Shown: positions 1 to 9,891 of the stretch, one piece after another | Numbering within the stretch: position 1 is the first letter of the stretch | Layout: every line of letters starts with the position of its first letter | Assembly: GCA_023485845.1 (NCBI GenBank) | Contig: JAMCZE010000010.1 | Span: 89,448-153,447 of the forward strand | Length of the DNA stretch: 64,000 nucleotides | Direction of reading: 5' to 3' | Source of the DNA: Patescibacteria group bacterium | GTDB taxonomy: Bacteria; Patescibacteriota; Microgenomatia; JAMCZE01 | Position numbers and translations under genes: made by a program | The notes under the pieces: model-generated | Told to the model about the DNA's origin: nothing | The model's input: only the letters and a program-made list of their open reading frames with translations | Database searches by the model: none

Positions 1-3
1 GCA

Positions 4-1011
4 ATGTCTAAAAAAAAGATAATTATCATCGGGATTTTGCTGGCCGGGGTGGCTATCTTGGCAAAGTTTTTTATTTTTAAATCCCCGGCCGTTGGGGCAA
101 CGTATACCGTTAAGCGGGAGACGCTGACACAGACGTTGTCGCTCTCGGGGCAAATTGCTGCTGATCAGGACGAGGTGCTGACTTTTCAAACCGGCGGCCA
201 ACTGGCTTGGGTGGGCGTGAAAGTTGGCGACCATGTCCAAAAATACCAAGCGATCGCCTCTCTGGACCAACGGGTGCTGCAAAAAAATTTGGAGACGGCG
301 CTTAATTCCTACCTCACCAATCGCTGGACTTTTGAACAAACTAAGGATAACTATAACGGCCAGGCGGTCACCACGGCGATCCAGCGTATTTTGGACCAGT
401 CGCAATTCTCGTTAAATAACACTGTGATTTCCGTGCAGTTGGCTGATCTGGCCAAACAGTTCGCCAACCTCTATGCTCCTTTCTCAGGCATCGTCGTTCG
501 CGTTGACGCGCCCGATCCGGGCGTTAATGTCACCGCTCTGACCACCGGCTTTGAAATTATTAATCCTGACTCGCTCTATTTCTCCGCCACCGCCGACCAA
601 ACCGATGTGGTTAACCTGTCCGCCTCCGCTGCCGGGCAAATCACGCTGGATGCTTATCCCGACCAAAATTTAGATTCCCGCATCACCAGCATTGCCTTCA
701 CTCCCAAGACCGGAGAGACCGGCACCGTTTATGAAGTAAAGATGACCCTGCCCTCCTATCAGCTGTCAGCTACAAGCTATAAGCTACGTCTGGGTATGAC
801 CGGCGATGTCAACTTTGTGACCCGCGAAACCCCCGATGCCCTGGCGGTGCCCACCAAGGACATCCACACCAATCCGGACGGCAGCAAATATGTTTTAGTG
901 AAGCAACAAAATAAATCCGTGGTTCGGCCAATCACCATTGGTGAAGTCTATGATAGCCAAACCCAGATTAACAGTGGCCTGGTGGTTGGCGACCAAGTCA
1001 TTGAACAATAA
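4..1011 (+). CDS. Efflux RND/MacA-type periplasmic adaptor (HlyD family)
   Basis: N-terminal TM anchor, barrel-sandwich motifs (GVKVGDHV, LYAPFSGIV); upstream of ABC ATPase and permease. Confidence 0.88.
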   Translation: MSKKKIIIIGILLAGVAILAKFFIFKSPAVGATYTVKRETLTQTLSLSGQIAADQDEVLTFQTGGQLAWVGVKVGDHVQKYQAIASLDQRVLQKNLETALNSYLTNRWTFEQTKDNYNGQAVTTAIQRILDQSQFSLNNTVISVQLADLAKQFANLYAPFSGIVVRVDAPDPGVNVTALTTGFEIINPDSLYFSATADQTDVVNLSASAAGQITLDAYPDQNLDSRITSIAFTPKTGETGTVYEVKMTLPSYQLSATSYKLRLGMTGDVNFVTRETPDALAVPTKDIHTNPDGSKYVLVKQQNKSVVRPITIGEVYDSQTQINSGLVVGDQVIEQ

Positions 1012-1682
1012 TGATTGCTTTAACCAACGTCTCCAAAACCTACACCATCGATTCTGATCAGAAGTTCACCGCTTTACGTGATGTGAGTTTAACCATTGGT
1101 GACGGTCAGTTTTGCGCCATCACCGGCCCATCCGGCAGCGGCAAATCAACCTTGATGCACATCATCGGCTTGTTGGACCTGCCCACCGCCGGCAAAGTGA
1201 TCATTGAGAACACTGACGCTTCCCGCCTGTCTGACAGTCGGCTATCAAGGCTGCGCAACGAGCACATTGGTTTTGTTTTTCAGCAGTTTAACCTGTTACC
1301 TAAACTGTCAGTGCTAGAAAATATTCTACTGCCTTCTGTTTATGCTCGACATAAATTAACCTATGATCCGGTAAAAAAAGCCCACTATTTGTTGGAACGT
1401 TTTGGCATCGCTGAGAAAGCCCACTCCTTCCCCAACAAACTTTCCGGTGGGCAGCAACAGCGCGTTGCCATCGCTCGGGCACTTATCATGGAACCGAAAC
1501 TGGTTTTGGCTGATGAACCCACCGGCAATCTGGACACCGCCACCGGTGACGAAATCATGAAGTTATTGGCAGAACTAAACAAAGAAGAAAAAATTACTAT
1601 CATTATCGTTACCCACGAACATGATATTGCCAAAAAAACCAAACGGATCATAAAAATAAAAGACGGAATGATCGAGAAATAA
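1011..1682 (+). CDS. ABC transporter ATP-binding protein (MacB/LolD type)
   Basis: Walker [19 protein letters not shown] signature, Walker [11 protein letters not shown]. Confidence 0.95.
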   Translation: MIALTNVSKTYTIDSDQKFTALRDVSLTIGDGQFCAITGPSGSGKSTLMHIIGLLDLPTAGKVIIENTDASRLSDSRLSRLRNEHIGFVFQQFNLLPKLSVLENILLPSVYARHKLTYDPVKKAHYLLERFGIAEKAHSFPNKLSGGQQQRVAIARALIMEPKLVLADEPTGNLDTATGDEIMKLLAELNKEEKITIIIVTHEHDIAKKTKRIIKIKDGMIEK

Positions 1683-1774
1683 TTTAAAATTCAAAAATCA
1701 AAATGCAAAATTGCAATTCAAAATTAAAAATTTTAACTTGGCCTTTAACTTTTAATTTTTGACTTTTGATTTTG
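1681..1774. repeat. Degenerate 7-nt-period quasi-palindrome, copy 1
   Basis: Left arm TCAAAAA/TCAAAAT/GCAAAAT units, right arm TTTTAA/TTTTGA units; 43 nt (1691-1733) identical to 26382-26424. Confidence 0.85.
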
Positions 1775-1778
1775 TGTC

Positions 1779-2981
1779 GTGAATTATTTTATTTTTATCC
1801 TTAAATCAGCGGTTTTTGATTTCTCCCGCAACAAGGGACGGACGTTTTTAACGTCCTTGGGGATTCTGATCGGTGTTTTTGCCGTGGTGTTATTGGTGGC
1901 CCTGGGCTTGGGGTTAAAAAAATATATTGATCAGCAATTCCAAAGCTTAGGCAGTAACCTCATCATGGTGATGCCCGGCAATGTGGTTTCCAACGGCAGT
2001 TTCTCCGGTTCCGCCCCGATCGGCATTTCTTTTGATAACAAAGACGTGGCTACTTTGAAGCGGGTGCCAAACGTTGATGCCGTTCTGCCATTTTATGTCA
2101 AATTTCTCACCGCCTCGGCCAACGGCAACAGCAAAAGTCTGGAAATGCTGGGCAGCACGGCCGATGTGGTCACTGCCATGAACTTGGAAATCGAATATGG
2201 TGAGCCGTTCACCAAAGCCGATTTTGAACGCGGGGCCAAAAGGGTGATCATTGGGCCCAACGTGGCGGACAAGCTCTATGGCAGCAGCCCCAACGCCGTG
2301 GGCCAGCCAATTAAGCTTTCCGATCAAGCCTACACGGTCGTTGGAGTGACCAAGAGCAAAGGGGGTGGTGGCATCGGCGGTTCCAGTATTGATGATCGGG
2401 TGTTTACTTCTTACACGGCTATGTACAGTCTTAACCCCGGAAAAAAATTCTACGCTATTTATTTAACAGTGAATTCGCAAGATAATCTCACTCAAGTTAA
2501 AACCGACAGTCGGACGGCTCTGCTTAAACGTTATAAACCGGATGATTTCTCGGTGGTGGAAGCGTCGGAATTTCTTTCCGCCATTAATTCCATTTTTGGC
2601 ATCATTAACTCCATTCTGGTCGCTATCGCCGCCATTTCCCTTCTGGTCGGCGGCATCGGGATCATGAATATCATGTATGTCACCGTCACCGAGCGAATCC
2701 GGGAAATCGGCATCCGCCGAGCGGTTGGGGCAACTCGCTCTGACATTCTGACACAATTCTTAGTGGAGTCAGTAATTTTATCAGTGTTCGGCGGTTTAGC
2801 CGGACTGATCCTGGCCTTTTTGGCCACCCTGGCCGTGCAAAGTGCTTTCCCGGCCTACATTGACACCCAATCTGTCGCTCTTGCTCTAGGAGTTTCTTCC
2901 GCCATTGGAATAATCTTCGGCGTTTTGCCCGCCCGCCGGGCGGCTAACCTTTCCCCCATCGAAGCCATCAGATACGAGTGA
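1779..2981 (+). CDS. ABC transporter permease (MacB/FtsX family)
   Basis: RTFLTSLGILIG, GGIGIMNIM..VTERIREIGIRRAVGA, PARRAA..PIEAIRYE motifs. Confidence 0.95.
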   Translation: MNYFIFILKSAVFDFSRNKGRTFLTSLGILIGVFAVVLLVALGLGLKKYIDQQFQSLGSNLIMVMPGNVVSNGSFSGSAPIGISFDNKDVATLKRVPNVDAVLPFYVKFLTASANGNSKSLEMLGSTADVVTAMNLEIEYGEPFTKADFERGAKRVIIGPNVADKLYGSSPNAVGQPIKLSDQAYTVVGVTKSKGGGGIGGSSIDDRVFTSYTAMYSLNPGKKFYAIYLTVNSQDNLTQVKTDSRTALLKRYKPDDFSVVEASEFLSAINSIFGIINSILVAIAAISLLVGGIGIMNIMYVTVTERIREIGIRRAVGATRSDILTQFLVESVILSVFGGLAGLILAFLATLAVQSAFPAYIDTQSVALALGVSSAIGIIFGVLPARRAANLSPIEAIRYE

Positions 2982-2989
2982 TTTCTTAC

Positions 2990-3121
2990 CTACTTTCTTG
3001 CTTTCCTACTTTTAGCTTTCCTGTGGCTCGGGTGATCGCACTTGGTGCAGACTTCAATGATCCCCAGTCCCTTGCCCGTGCGGCACATTAGACATTCGCA
3101 ATGCCAACCGTGTTTGGTCAT
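2990..3121 (-). CDS. Small Cys/His-rich protein, 43 aa (not in ORF track)
   Basis: SD AGGAGGTGA just upstream; translates MTKHGWHCECLMCRTGKGLGIIEVCTKCDHPSHRKAKSRKARK. Confidence 0.65.
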   Translation of the reverse strand: MTKHGWHCECLMCRTGKGLGIIEVCTKCDHPSHRKAKSRKARK

Positions 3122-3152
3122 ATTCTCACCTCCTGATATCAGTGTAACATTT

Positions 3153-3770
3153 TTACCGCAGTAATTCTTCCAGCCAAATCCACCAACTACCGGTCTTATC
3201 TAAAAATGCTGATGTTATCAGCTGAAACGTCCGGAATAAATCAAAGCCGCCAGGCACGTCTTTACTGGCGGCCACTCCTAACCCGCGATTGCACAGCCAA
3301 TTTTTGCCAACCACGTGGCCGGGCAGATCCCGCATAATCACACTTTTAATCCCCAATCCTGGCGCCAGCCTTACCAACTCGGCTGCTTTTGTCGCCGACC
3401 CCTTGGCCGCCGGCAGCCAATCAACATCTTGCGGCACCACGCCGTCTGATTGCAGGCGGGTGTTGACAGTTAAGCGATCAGCTCCTGTCCATTCGGGTTG
3501 GTCAAAAACTGCCACCCGACCGGCTCGTTTCGCACCATAATCCCCGGCCGCCTGATCCAGCAGTTCCATTTGTGTCGGGCCAACGTTTCCATCCACTCCC
3601 ATCACCACCACCGCATCCGCTCTCTTCCCCGAAAAACAACTAATCCGCGCCCCGGAAACCAAATAGTTCTCCACCCGCCAGGCACTGGGCTGGTCAACAT
3701 TAACCACTACGATCGCTAAAAGGCCAACCAAGGCCCCAATTTTCACCATTCTCGCCCATTCCGCAGTCAT
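3153..3770 (-). CDS. Membrane-anchored hypothetical protein, possibly degenerate YdcF/DUF218-like
   Basis: N-terminal TM followed by KRADAVVVMG; weak resemblance only. Confidence 0.45.
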   Translation of the reverse strand: MTAEWARMVKIGALVGLLAIVVVNVDQPSAWRVENYLVSGARISCFSGKRADAVVVMGVDGNVGPTQMELLDQAAGDYGAKRAGRVAVFDQPEWTGADRLTVNTRLQSDGVVPQDVDWLPAAKGSATKAAELVRLAPGLGIKSVIMRDLPGHVVGKNWLCNRGLGVAASKDVPGGFDLFRTFQLITSAFLDKTGSWWIWLEELLR

Positions 3771-3786
3771 AGCCTATAATACCATA

Positions 3787-3814
3787 TTGACATTTCGAGA
3801 TTTTCTGGTAAACT
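3787..3814 (+). promoter_or_regulatory. Sigma70-type promoter
   Basis: TTGACA (3787-3792), 16 nt, TAAACT with upstream TG. Confidence 0.55.
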
Positions 3815-3820
3815 ACAGCT

Positions 3821-3977
3821 AACAATTTAATAATAAGCGCCCGACTGGAGTCACGATCCAGGAGCTGAGAGCCAAAATGCTCTACGGAAGTTGAACCGTA
3901 AAAATACAACAACTGGTGTCGTTGTAAGACGGAGCCTGAAATAAGGTTAATTAACCAGCCAACGGGCTGGTCTTTTT
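3821..3977 (+). ncRNA. Candidate structured ncRNA/leader of unknown class
   Basis: Consecutive hairpins CTGGA/TCCAG, GAGC/GCTC, TACGG/CCGTA, TACAAC/GTTGTA, then terminator ACCAGCC..GGCTGGT-CTTTTT; no ORF on this strand. Confidence 0.5.
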
Positions 3978-4017
3978 ATGCCTTCTTTATTCCCCGTCTT
4001 TGCTCCAGTTTGAAGAT

Positions 4018-4093
4018 GGTGGCGGAAGTCCAACGGTTGAGACATCCGGCTGTGAACCGGATTCTGGCGGGTTCAATTCCCGTCCGCCACCCA
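4018..4093 (+). tRNA. tRNA-His (GTG)
   Basis: G-1 plus acceptor GTGGCGG/CCGCCAC, anticodon arm TCCGG-CTGTGAA-CCGGA, GGTTCAATTCC T arm. Confidence 0.95.
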
Positions 4094-4094
4094 T

Positions 4095-4352
4095 ATGGAA
4101 AGAGAGCAAAAATTTATGCCCGAACTCTGGCAATTAAAACTTTACCCTGGCACAAGCGAGTCTAAAACAATTAGACAGGTTCTTGCTGAGGAAAACGAAA
4201 GGAAAGCCACAGAGGTTGTCGGGCGGTGGAATATTGCTATCAACATTAATCCAGAGGATATTTTAGCGAAAGTCAAACCCAGGGCCGAAAGTTGGAATAG
4301 CAATACCAGACTAACAGACTTTAGTAGATTGGCAACACTTGATCTTCTCTAA
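4095..4352 (+). CDS. Hypothetical protein (possibly N-part of a split gene with 4339-4818)
   Basis: ORF immediately after tRNA-His; overlaps next ORF. Confidence 0.45.
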   Translation: MEREQKFMPELWQLKLYPGTSESKTIRQVLAEENERKATEVVGRWNIAININPEDILAKVKPRAESWNSNTRLTDFSRLATLDLL

Positions 4353-4818
4353 TTGGTTATCTAACGTTATTGCTTATGAGACCCGTCGGGCAATTAAAGC
4401 CCGCCAAACAGCAACAGTCGAGAAAAGTAAATTTCAAGACCTTGCACTAAAAGCGACAATTCTTGAACTTAAAGGCAAACCAAGCGTTCGATATGGCGAC
4501 AGCTTTAACGAAACGGTTTGTCGGGAAGCCGATATTGAACGGACCGATCTGAAAACAGCTGAAGGGATAACCATAGCAAAGATTCGAGATGCGCAAACTG
4601 ATGCCGACCTCATCAAATTCTTAGCTGCCAAGTCAACCAAAGAAGAGGCTGCCAAGTTAATAAGACTAAACAATCAGGTTCAGAGATTTCTCCCCAACCA
4701 AGAGGCAGTTTTGCGATTTATCGCTCTCACGTTTGACAACAACGGGGGATACTCTGCATTGTCAGACCTAGACGCATATAAATCTGACCCAAAACTTGAG
4801 CCAGTCCCGGTTATATAA
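4339..4818 (+). CDS. Hypothetical protein
   Basis: 159-aa ORF, no recognised motif. Confidence 0.5.
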   Translation: MIFSNWLSNVIAYETRRAIKARQTATVEKSKFQDLALKATILELKGKPSVRYGDSFNETVCREADIERTDLKTAEGITIAKIRDAQTDADLIKFLAAKSTKEEAAKLIRLNNQVQRFLPNQEAVLRFIALTFDNNGGYSALSDLDAYKSDPKLEPVPVI

Positions 4819-4985
4819 GTATTATGGGGTTCCAGCTAATCTGACTATTTTTATCTCGGACACATTCCAGATACTGCAGCAATGTAAGGCAATTTGTCCA
4901 AGCGCGAAACCCAGCAGTCAAGGTCGCCCCTATATCAGAGGCAACCGCTGACAACCCGCTGTACACCCAGGTTAAAGAACGGGTT

Positions 4986-5348
4986 TTGGGGGCAGTTACC
5001 ACATTTCAAGATCGTGACTTTCGAGATAAATGGGCCGCTAAGTTCGAGGATGCCTTCGAAAAGATTTCTGAGAGCCAGGTAAAACGCAAACTCTTCCCTC
5101 CCGAACAAATGAGATCCGCCTCGCTGCGAATCGCCAAAAACATTTGGGCGGTCAACGCTGCCCAAGGAGCTATTTTCAGTCAGATGGGGGCTAACACTAT
5201 CTTATTAAGCACCGAAAAACGAGCTAGAGATCAAAACTACGTCATTAATAGTGAAACCGCGCAAGACTTTCCCCCTGTGCTTTATATTCTAAGCGCTGCG
5301 GAAAAATGGAATAGAAAACTAACTGCTGGTTTTTTTGATATTATTTAA
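4986..5348 (+). CDS. Hypothetical protein
   Basis: 120-aa ORF ending 3 nt before hisS; start uncertain. Confidence 0.45.
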   Translation: MGAVTTFQDRDFRDKWAAKFEDAFEKISESQVKRKLFPPEQMRSASLRIAKNIWAVNAAQGAIFSQMGANTILLSTEKRARDQNYVINSETAQDFPPVLYILSAAEKWNRKLTAGFFDII

Positions 5349-5351
5349 CTG

Positions 5352-6602
5352 ATGGCTAAATTAATTGAGCCGAGAACCCTGCCGGGATTCCGGGATTTTT
5401 TGCCGGAAGACATGGCCGTGCGAAAAAAAGTCATTACCACCCTCACCGGAGTCTTTGAAAAGTTCGGTTTCCAGCCGTTGGAAAACCCCACCCTTGAATA
5501 CCAGGACATTCTTTTGGGCAAAAGCGGGACGGAAGCGGAAAAATTAATGTATCTCTTTTCTGATCCTGGCGGCCGTGATGTCGGCATGCGTTATGAACTG
5601 ACGGTTTCCACCGCCCGGGTTTTGGCCCAATATCCCCAGCTGCCAAAACCGTTCAAGCGCTACCAAATTCAGCCGGTTTGGCGCGCCGACAAGCCACAAA
5701 AGGGCCGCTACCGGGAAATCACCCAATGCGACATTGATATTTTTGGAACCACCTCACTCCTGGCGGACGCGGAAATTCTGGCCGTGGTTTATGAAGGGCT
5801 GAGAGCTTTAGGCTTTGGGCAATTTACAATCCGCGTCAACAGTCGGGAGATTCTCTTTGCGACCATGGCTAATGCCGGGATATCATCCGCTAGCCAACAA
5901 TTAAGTGCGATTCAATCAATCGACAAGTTGGACAAAAAAGCCGAGGATGAAGTGCGAAATGAACTCTCCAAAAAGGATTTTGGCGCACCAATAATTGACA
6001 GGATTTTTGAGAATATAAAAATAAGCAAACCAAACAAAAATATCGCCGAGTTGCTAGACCTGGCAGAAAAACTTGGCGTGCCCAACGATTTTCTTAAATT
6101 TGATCCGACATTGTCACGCGGCTTAGATTATTATACCGGCGTGGTTTTCGAAACAGCTGTCACCCAGCCGAAAATTGGGTCGGTCACCGGGGGCGGCCGC
6201 TACGACAAACTCATTGGCAAATTCACCGGCCAGGACATGCCCGCCACGGGCACGTCGTTTGGCATTGACCGGATCTGTGATGTGATTACAGAGTTGAATC
6301 TTTGGCCGGATTTGCCCAGAACGGCCACAAAAATCCTGGTGACGATTTTTTCTTTGGAGTTATTTGACCAATCACTGAAATTGACTGACCAGTTGCGAAA
6401 GAAAAATATTAACGCCGAAATTTATCTTGACCCGGCCGCCAAGTTGGACAAACAGCTCAAGTATGCCGACCAAAAAGGCATTCCCTTTGCCGCCATCGTC
6501 GGCCCGGAGGAAGCGGCCAAAAACCAGGTGACGATTAAAAACCTAGCTACTAAACAGCAAAAAACGGTTCCGGCAGAGAACCTAACCGATGAACTTCGAT
6601 AG
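5352..6602 (+). CDS. hisS: Histidine--tRNA ligase
   Basis: GFRDFLP, RYELT, WRADKPQKGRYRE.TQCDID, RGLDYYTG, GGGRYD. Confidence 0.97.
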   Translation: MAKLIEPRTLPGFRDFLPEDMAVRKKVITTLTGVFEKFGFQPLENPTLEYQDILLGKSGTEAEKLMYLFSDPGGRDVGMRYELTVSTARVLAQYPQLPKPFKRYQIQPVWRADKPQKGRYREITQCDIDIFGTTSLLADAEILAVVYEGLRALGFGQFTIRVNSREILFATMANAGISSASQQLSAIQSIDKLDKKAEDEVRNELSKKDFGAPIIDRIFENIKISKPNKNIAELLDLAEKLGVPNDFLKFDPTLSRGLDYYTGVVFETAVTQPKIGSVTGGGRYDKLIGKFTGQDMPATGTSFGIDRICDVITELNLWPDLPRTATKILVTIFSLELFDQSLKLTDQLRKKNINAEIYLDPAAKLDKQLKYADQKGIPFAAIVGPEEAAKNQVTIKNLATKQQKTVPAENLTDELR

Positions 6603-7521
6603 CCGCGCCAAGGCCATCATCGCCGTTTTTGCCGCCCAAATTATCTGGGGCGTGGCCGGGCTCCTGGTGAAGATTGTCCTGGCCGATGTTCCCCCATTTA
6701 GCCTGCTTTTTTTCAGGAGCCTTCTGACCTGTCTGATTCTCTACCCCATCCTGGAATACCGAGTCATCAAAGGCGAACGTTTGCAAACGATCTCTTCCCA
6801 AGACAAATGGACCATTTTTTGGGCCGGGTTTACCGGGGTTTTTCTTAATATTGCCCTCTACTTTATCGGTCAAAAATTAACCACCGTCATCGATGCCTGG
6901 GTTATCAACTCCACCGGAGCACTCTTTGTTATCCTTATTTCCTATATTTTCATTCGCGAGCGGCTCAACAGAATAGTCTACTTTGGGGTTGCCCTGGCTT
7001 TTGTCGGCACACTGGTGATCATTGGCACCCCCGTTCTGGGCATTGGCAGCGGCAGCATTCCTGGGAACCTCCTTATACTTGGCAGCACGCTGGTTTTAGG
7101 CATTTCCTATGTTCTCACCAAAAGATTGATGGACCGCTTTTCACCCCTCCTGCTTGCTTACTATTTTTTCCTTATCGGGCTGTTTTTTTCTTTGCCTTTT
7201 TTCCTCTGGGAATATCTTCAAAATCCCGGTTGGATAGCCGCTTTATCCACTGGCTCTTGGTTAATTATTGCCTACCTTACCATCGGCTCTTCCATCATCG
7301 CCTACGCTCTGGATAACTTTGCTCTCATTCGCCTTTCCGCTTCTGCCGTGGCCACTGCCGGCTATATCAGTGTCGTTATTGCTCTGGGCCTAGGAATAAT
7401 TTTCCTTCATGAACAAATGACCCCCTTCTTTATCGCCGGCACCATCATCACCTTCTGCGGCCTTTTCCTAGCCGAAACCCGTCACCCTAACCATCCTCTT
7501 CACAAGCTCCGGAGGAAATAG
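6589..7521 (+). CDS. DMT/EamA family transporter
   Basis: ~10 TM helices in two EamA repeats (IWG...PP....R; RERL; LHEQ). Confidence 0.85.
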   Translation: MNFDSRAKAIIAVFAAQIIWGVAGLLVKIVLADVPPFSLLFFRSLLTCLILYPILEYRVIKGERLQTISSQDKWTIFWAGFTGVFLNIALYFIGQKLTTVIDAWVINSTGALFVILISYIFIRERLNRIVYFGVALAFVGTLVIIGTPVLGIGSGSIPGNLLILGSTLVLGISYVLTKRLMDRFSPLLLAYYFFLIGLFFSLPFFLWEYLQNPGWIAALSTGSWLIIAYLTIGSSIIAYALDNFALIRLSASAVATAGYISVVIALGLGIIFLHEQMTPFFIAGTIITFCGLFLAETRHPNHPLHKLRRK

Positions 7522-7533
7522 TATAATCATCCT

Positions 7534-7836
7534 ATGAAGACAGGCATCCATCCCCAATATTACCCGGCGGCGCAAGTTGTTTGCGCTTGCGGTAACACGT
7601 TCACCACCGGCTCCACTAAGCCGCAAATTCGGGTGGAAATCTGTGCCAAATGCCATCCTTTTTACACCGGACAACAAAAATTCGTGGACACCGTCGGCAA
7701 AATTGAGCGCTTCCAAGCCAAACAAAAAGCCGCCGCCGCCAAACAGGCCGTGGCCAAACAGAAGAAAGTGAAACAGCAGGAAGAAGACAATCGCCCCAAG
7801 ACTCTTCGGGAAATGCTTTTGGCCGCCAAAGACTAG
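7534..7836 (+). CDS. rpmE: 50S ribosomal protein L31 (Zn-binding type, C-terminal extension)
   Basis: [32 protein letters not shown]. Confidence 0.97.
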   Translation: MKTGIHPQYYPAAQVVCACGNTFTTGSTKPQIRVEICAKCHPFYTGQQKFVDTVGKIERFQAKQKAAAAKQAVAKQKKVKQQEEDNRPKTLREMLLAAKD

Positions 7837-8709
7837 ATGGACTATCTCGAAAATCTCATTGCTGATCTGGACCAAAAAATTGCCCAGGCAAAACAACTGG
7901 CGCAAGATCCGGAGATGGCGGAAATGGCCCAGGAAGAAATTAAAAAACTGGAGGAAGAGAAAAGTGCCCTGGTTAAGCCGGCTGCTAGTCCCGAGCAGTC
8001 ACTTAACTCCCGCGATATCATAATCGAAATCAGGGGCGCGGCCGGGGGCGAAGAAGCCAAACTCTGGGGGCAAGATTTGCTGCGGACGTATTCCCGCTTT
8101 GCTCAAGCGCAAGGTTGGCGGGTAACCCCGGAAGGACCGCTCGCCATTAAAATTTCCGGTCGTGGCGTTTATGGCAAGCTGAAATATGAGTCCGGCGTCC
8201 ACCGGGTCCAGCGGGTGCCGGTGACAGAGTCATCAGGGAGAGTCCACACCTCCACCGCCACCGTGGCGGTTTTGCCGGAGTTGGAAGACGTGGACATTCA
8301 CATTGATCCGGCCGACATTCAGGAAGATTTCTACCGTTCCGGGGGTCACGGAGGTCAAAACGTGAACAAGGTGTCCTCAGCCGTCCGTCTCACCCACAAA
8401 CCCAGCGGTTTAGTTGTCACCTGCCAAGAAGAACGAGATCAGCCGAAAAACCGGGCTAAAGCTATGGAAAAACTGCGCCAACTGCTCTGGGAAGCGGAAC
8501 AAAACCGCCAACTGGCGGAAATGTCTGCCGACCGGCGGGCCCAGGTGGGCACGGGCATGAGAAACGAGAAAATCCGCACCTACAACTTCCTTCAGGACCG
8601 GGTCACAGACCACCGTCTTGACCAAAACTTCCACAACCTTGAAAAGATTATGGAGGGAGACCTAGAAGAAATAATTAAGAGCTTGACAGATAAGTTTGGG
8701 GCAATATAA
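7837..8709 (+). CDS. prfA: Peptide chain release factor 1 (short N-domain)
   Basis: ESGVHRVQRVPVTES (PxT = RF1), GGQNVNK, IRTYNF.Q.RVTDHR. Confidence 0.95.
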   Translation: MDYLENLIADLDQKIAQAKQLAQDPEMAEMAQEEIKKLEEEKSALVKPAASPEQSLNSRDIIIEIRGAAGGEEAKLWGQDLLRTYSRFAQAQGWRVTPEGPLAIKISGRGVYGKLKYESGVHRVQRVPVTESSGRVHTSTATVAVLPELEDVDIHIDPADIQEDFYRSGGHGGQNVNKVSSAVRLTHKPSGLVVTCQEERDQPKNRAKAMEKLRQLLWEAEQNRQLAEMSADRRAQVGTGMRNEKIRTYNFLQDRVTDHRLDQNFHNLEKIMEGDLEEIIKSLTDKFGAI

Positions 8710-8717
8710 TAAGGCAA

Positions 8718-9032
8718 ATGACTGAATTGCGAGAGTCGATTCCAATAAAAGGCCAGAAGCTTTGTAAACACCTATATGCTTGTGGCAATTGCCCAGTCGC
8801 CCAACGGCATCTCGGCATCGGAGCAATAATCCCCTTTGACCCCGAAGCAAATATGGAGTTGCCTCCGATGGCAATCACCGCCGCCGGAGACCACGGCTAT
8901 GAACTAAGAATTGGCGTGACAGGTCTTGGCTCCGGCGAAAGTCTACTTAGAGTAAACGCTTGCGACACGCCCGCGGCTAACGGCATCCAGGGTAGAGTCG
9001 GACTTTGCACCATACAGTGCTATCGTCAATAG
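8718..9032 (+). CDS. Hypothetical Cys-containing protein
   Basis: TATAAT 7 nt before ATG; C..C motifs. Confidence 0.5.
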   Translation: MTELRESIPIKGQKLCKHLYACGNCPVAQRHLGIGAIIPFDPEANMELPPMAITAAGDHGYELRIGVTGLGSGESLLRVNACDTPAANGIQGRVGLCTIQCYRQ

Positions 9033-9069
9033 GCATAAACTTGCCGCCGGTTAGAAACGCCAAGACAAC

Positions 9070-9825
9070 ATGCAGGAAACTAAGAAAGATTATCGAATCC
9101 GCCAAGCAACCATTAGCTACCGATCGGCCGAGCTCCACGGAGCAAAAGTCATTCAGGGTGTTTGCAGAGCTCAATGCTCTAAAGCAGACGGTTGCCAGCC
9201 AGACAGCAAGGTTACTTCTAAAGAGGCTTGCAGTGTTGGTGGTTTAAGAATGCACTATTGGCCAGTAATAATCGGTTTTGACGCTACCGGAACGAAACCT
9301 TGCCTTCTGGAATGGGAAGGATATTCACAAAGATATTGGCCGATGAAAGAGATTGAGAAAAATATGTCTGAGGATCCGGCTCTTCAAGAATTTGGTAAGG
9401 CAATTAAGACCTTGGCGACTAACACCTTTCTGGAATATCTCAACGATTTAAGAGGTCAACCATCTCCCAAGCGCCTGTCCGCTTCAACCCGATGCGGGCG
9501 CACCGTCAATCTAAAAGATGTGGTTGCCTACCTTGAACTGGTAGCAGATGAATCGGCGCCGCAGGTGGAAACGGATCAGCAGCTAGACAAAGGACTTATC
9601 CAGTATTACCAATGGCTAGAATCGCTCGGGAAGACGAGATTGCTTAATCTTTATTCAAGCGCGCTTCAAACACTTACAGGCGAAAAGAATCCCACAAAAG
9701 AAGAGGTTGCCAAACTACAACTTATTGGCCAGCGACTGGAAGAACTTGGAGTAACTACTTTTCAAGTGACTCCTGAATCGCATCAACCTGCCGTTTCCCA
9801 AAAGCAGCTTCCCACCGGAAAATAA
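9070..9825 (+). CDS. Hypothetical protein
   Basis: 251-aa ORF with Cys-rich N-part. Confidence 0.5.
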   Translation: MQETKKDYRIRQATISYRSAELHGAKVIQGVCRAQCSKADGCQPDSKVTSKEACSVGGLRMHYWPVIIGFDATGTKPCLLEWEGYSQRYWPMKEIEKNMSEDPALQEFGKAIKTLATNTFLEYLNDLRGQPSPKRLSASTRCGRTVNLKDVVAYLELVADESAPQVETDQQLDKGLIQYYQWLESLGKTRLLNLYSSALQTLTGEKNPTKEEVAKLQLIGQRLEELGVTTFQVTPESHQPAVSQKQLPTGK

Positions 9826-9891
9826 CTTTTGGTTGCAAAAGAAATTTGGGGCGGTATAATTGGAATCTGCTTTCTTCAAAAATAAAAGCTG

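Noticed and set aside
3860-3977. T-box or TPP riboswitch (GCTGAGAG motif, hisS downstream)
   Set aside because: No TGGNACC T-box antiterminator and no TPP P4/P5 consensus are visible.
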